Assembly (NCBI GenBank): GCA_002269645.1
Contig: NIVC01001653.1
Location: 1 to 64,000, forward strand
DNA from: Macrostomum lignano
Lineage: Eukaryota
Direction of reading: 5' to 3'
DNA length: 64,000 nucleotides
In this document: positions 61,236 through 64,000 of the stretch, one piece after another
Layout of the letters: each line of letters starts with the position of its first letter
Position numbering within the stretch: the first letter of the stretch is position 1
The notes under the pieces: model-generated
Told to the model about the DNA's origin: nothing
What the model saw: only the letters and a program-made list of their open reading frames with translations
Database searches by the model: none
Made by a program: the position numbers and the translations under genes

Positions 61236-63436
61236 ATGCTGAACTCAGCCGCCGCCGGAAGGCGACAGGTCAACGATTTCAACACAGTCGCCGATGAAGT
61301 CAGGCCGGGCACTGGCGGCAGCGCCAGAAGCGATCCCGGCGTTCGGGGCGGTGGCGTCGAGCCAGCCGAGCCCGACCGAGCGCCAACGCCAGCACCGGCC
61401 CCCTCGGTCGATGAGGAGGAGGCCAACGTTGATGTCGGTGGTGTCGAGACAACCGACGCTACTGAACAGCGTCTGCCAGCGCCATCAACTCCACAGGAAT
61501 TCACGTCGCTGACTACTTCTCCGCCACCGCCGCCGATGATGCACACACCTTCGCAGGAGAACATTGAGTCTCCAGCGCTGCAACCCGCTGATCGGGAGCT
61601 CCTGGCAAGAAGTCAGCCAGCCAACACGCCAACGACACCGTGTACAGTTTTCTCTAAGCGGCCTGGCGTTAGCAGGTTTGATTTGGGGGTTGGTAGAGGG
61701 AACTGTGGGTTTACATTTAGCTCCAATCCCAACTTGACACTCAGCAACAGCTCCAATCCTAAAATGACACTCAGCAACAGCTCCAATCCCAACTTGACAC
61801 TCAGCAACAGCTCCAATCCCAACTTGACACTCAGCAACAGCTCCAATCCTAAAATGACACTCAGAAACAGCTCCAATCCTAAAATGACACTCAGCAACAG
61901 CTCCAATCCTAAAATGACACTCAGCAACAGCTCCAATCCCAACTTGACACTCAGCAACAGCTCCAATCCCAACTTGACACTCAGCAACAGCTCCAATCCT
62001 AAAATGACACTCAGCAACAGCTCCAATCCTAAAATGACACTCAGAAACAGCTCCAATCCTAAAATGACACTCAGCAACAGCTCCAATTCTAAAATGACAC
62101 TCAGCTTCTATCCTAGTTTAACACTGAACAGCAGCTGCAACTCCGACCAAAACCAACTTCCTAACGCCCAACTCGACTTTCAGACCGTCTCAGCAGACGG
62201 CAAACACCACCATGCGTCGGAATTGCTACGAGCAGGCGGTGAACCTGGTCGCTGCTCGTTGCGTGACGAACCCGCTGGTTTCGCCCAACTGGCAGAGACA
62301 ACGCAGCGGCGGAGGCGATCCCGCGGACGATCCACCGCCAGGATTTGGTGGCCCGAGAGTGTTTTATATCCGTCAGAAACGGCCAAGGCCCATGACTCCA
62401 CTGAAGGTGACTTAGGAAAGGGGAGAATTGGCAAAATATTCGGTCTACTTTTCAAGTTGTATGTCAGTTCAGAATTGTCACTGACTCAATTGCACCCAAA
62501 AGTGTGCGCAGAAATTGCACTTCTTCTGTGCCAGTGCTTTTGAATTACGGTTGTTTAGTATGCTCACACAAAACGGAAGCAGAATTTGCACATGCATAAG
62601 GACTATGGTTCGTTACGTTCGTGACGTTCGTTAGTACTCAAACATTCACGCTTAGATTGAAAGTGCTGAAGACTTTTTTATCCATATTTATTCTACTGAC
62701 TTAAATGGCGTTCCCGCAGGCCTGGGCTGGTTACCATGGCAACGTCTACTTCAGCCCCCTGCGCATCCGCCGATCCGAGTTCGCGCACCCGGACTCGCAG
62801 CTCTCCCTGCCCTCCCTGCCTGCCTGCAGCGGCCGCCTGCAGCAAGTTCTTGAGTCCAGCCGACTCAACGCCGAGCACCTGCTACTCCTGCGCGCCCGGT
62901 CGGACGCCGCCGCAATGAAGCGGAGGCCGCCGCCCCGACGCGCGGCCATGGTTGGCGGTCAGTCGTCCGGACAGCAGCCGCTGGTGCAGCTGGACCGAGC
63001 CTACCTGGCATCCAGGGCCGCCTCCAGGCAGCAGGGACCTGACGGGCCCGAGACAGCCGGCGGCACCATGTCAGTCAGTCGCGATGTGCACCTGTACCGC
63101 AGCGCTCACGCCACCGGCACTCTGCAATTCCAGAATCAGCAGCTCCATGAGCAGCCGCAGCAGTTCGAGCCCGAGCCGCAACCAACAGCTGGTCGAGTCT
63201 ATCGGGGCAGCGTCAGCAGGAAGCTGCGCGACCTCCGTCTGACGAGATCAACGGAGACGTCAACAAAATCTCCGACTGGGTCGCAGCGGCAGCAGCAGCT
63301 GCGCCAAGCGCACAACAACTCGATGGTGAGCCTCGATCGAGGAGAGATCGACCGGCTGTACGACCAGCTGCCGTCGCTGATGGCCAGCGTGCCTCGGTCG
63401 CAGGCACGGCAGTTTCAGAGTGGAACAGATCATTAA
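61236..63436 (+). CDS. Uncharacterised, largely disordered protein, about 459 aa; exons 61236-61675, 62184-62406, 62720-63436 (start uncertain)
   Basis: A phase-2 intron (GTTTGA...CTAAC...TTTCAG) and a phase-0 intron (GTGACT...CTGAC...CCGCAG) link ORFs 61236, 62212 and 62705 in frame. The frame is open upstream of the ATG to about 61125, with a possible acceptor at 61144. Confidence 0.6.
61718..62105. repeat. 30-bp minisatellite (GCTCCAATCCCAACTTGACACTCAGCAACA and the CCTAAAATGACAC variant), intronic
   Basis: About 13 tandem units of two alternating variants. Confidence 0.93.
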
Positions 63437-64000
63437 CAACAGGCTTCAATGATGTCTTCGCTGATTTCTATTTAACAAATGTTTGCACACTTGTTAAAAC
63501 GATGCTAAATTACTTGTAATTCAAGCATTAAAAACTCTAACGAAATCAAAAATAAAATCTGGCCAAGAATTTTACTATTTTTAATTTATTTAGAAGAATT
63601 GTCGACACGAGGTCTCCCATTAAGCCATCACAAAGTAAATGTAATCCTAAAAAGCAGATTGCATTTAGGAAGGGCTGGGTTAAAATTATTCGGAATTAAG
63701 TCATGCCGTTGCCATACTACAGTAGGATAGATTTCTGCCAGCTCAGCTCTTGAGCAGTCTTGGGGACTTCTCAAAATCCGGATTTCTCTTCCTCAGCCTT
63801 CCCTTCTTCCGGGGTTTCCCTCGCCCCCAGCAAAATTGCTAGCAAAAAGCAAGGAGGCAGTGAAGCAGTGAGAGCAGAAATTTTATGCGTCTCTGCGTGG
63901 GAGAAAGGGGGTTGGGGCTGGGAGAACAAGAGGGGAGAACGCGGCAACAGCGGAAGAAGATTTAATCCCCGCAATCCCCATTTGCATGTCCGATCCCTTA

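Overview
Eukaryotic (metazoan) genomic DNA, not prokaryotic. It has GC-rich spliced exons in AT-rich introns, CORE-type tRNA SINEs, and many mini- and microsatellites. The style resembles the flatworm Macrostomum, but that is an unverified inference. Host genes on the + strand: (1) a 2-exon, 273-aa secreted helical protein (5861-6971) with NF-kB-like and STAT-like motifs before its TATA box, a candidate invertebrate long-chain cytokine and the best novelty lead here; (2) a 4-exon C2orf81/DUF4639 homolog with one apparent frameshift; (3) a PLAC8-family gene; (4) two tandem DEG/ENaC channel paralogs with an atypical thumb and knuckle and a probable gene-conversion tract; (5) a class A GPCR exon with an NRY motif; (6) an unknown 3-exon gene. 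Mobile DNA: two young, near-complete Ty3/Gypsy (Mag-like) LTR retrotransposons, one nested in the TIR of a defective Tc1/mariner element and one in a (GACA)n tract just behind a channel stop codon; three SINE copies; and an RTE LINE 3' fragment. A ~17.9-kb 25/26-bp satellite fills 35.9-53.8 kb. There is no CRISPR array, rRNA or true tRNA. All calls were made by eye without database searches.
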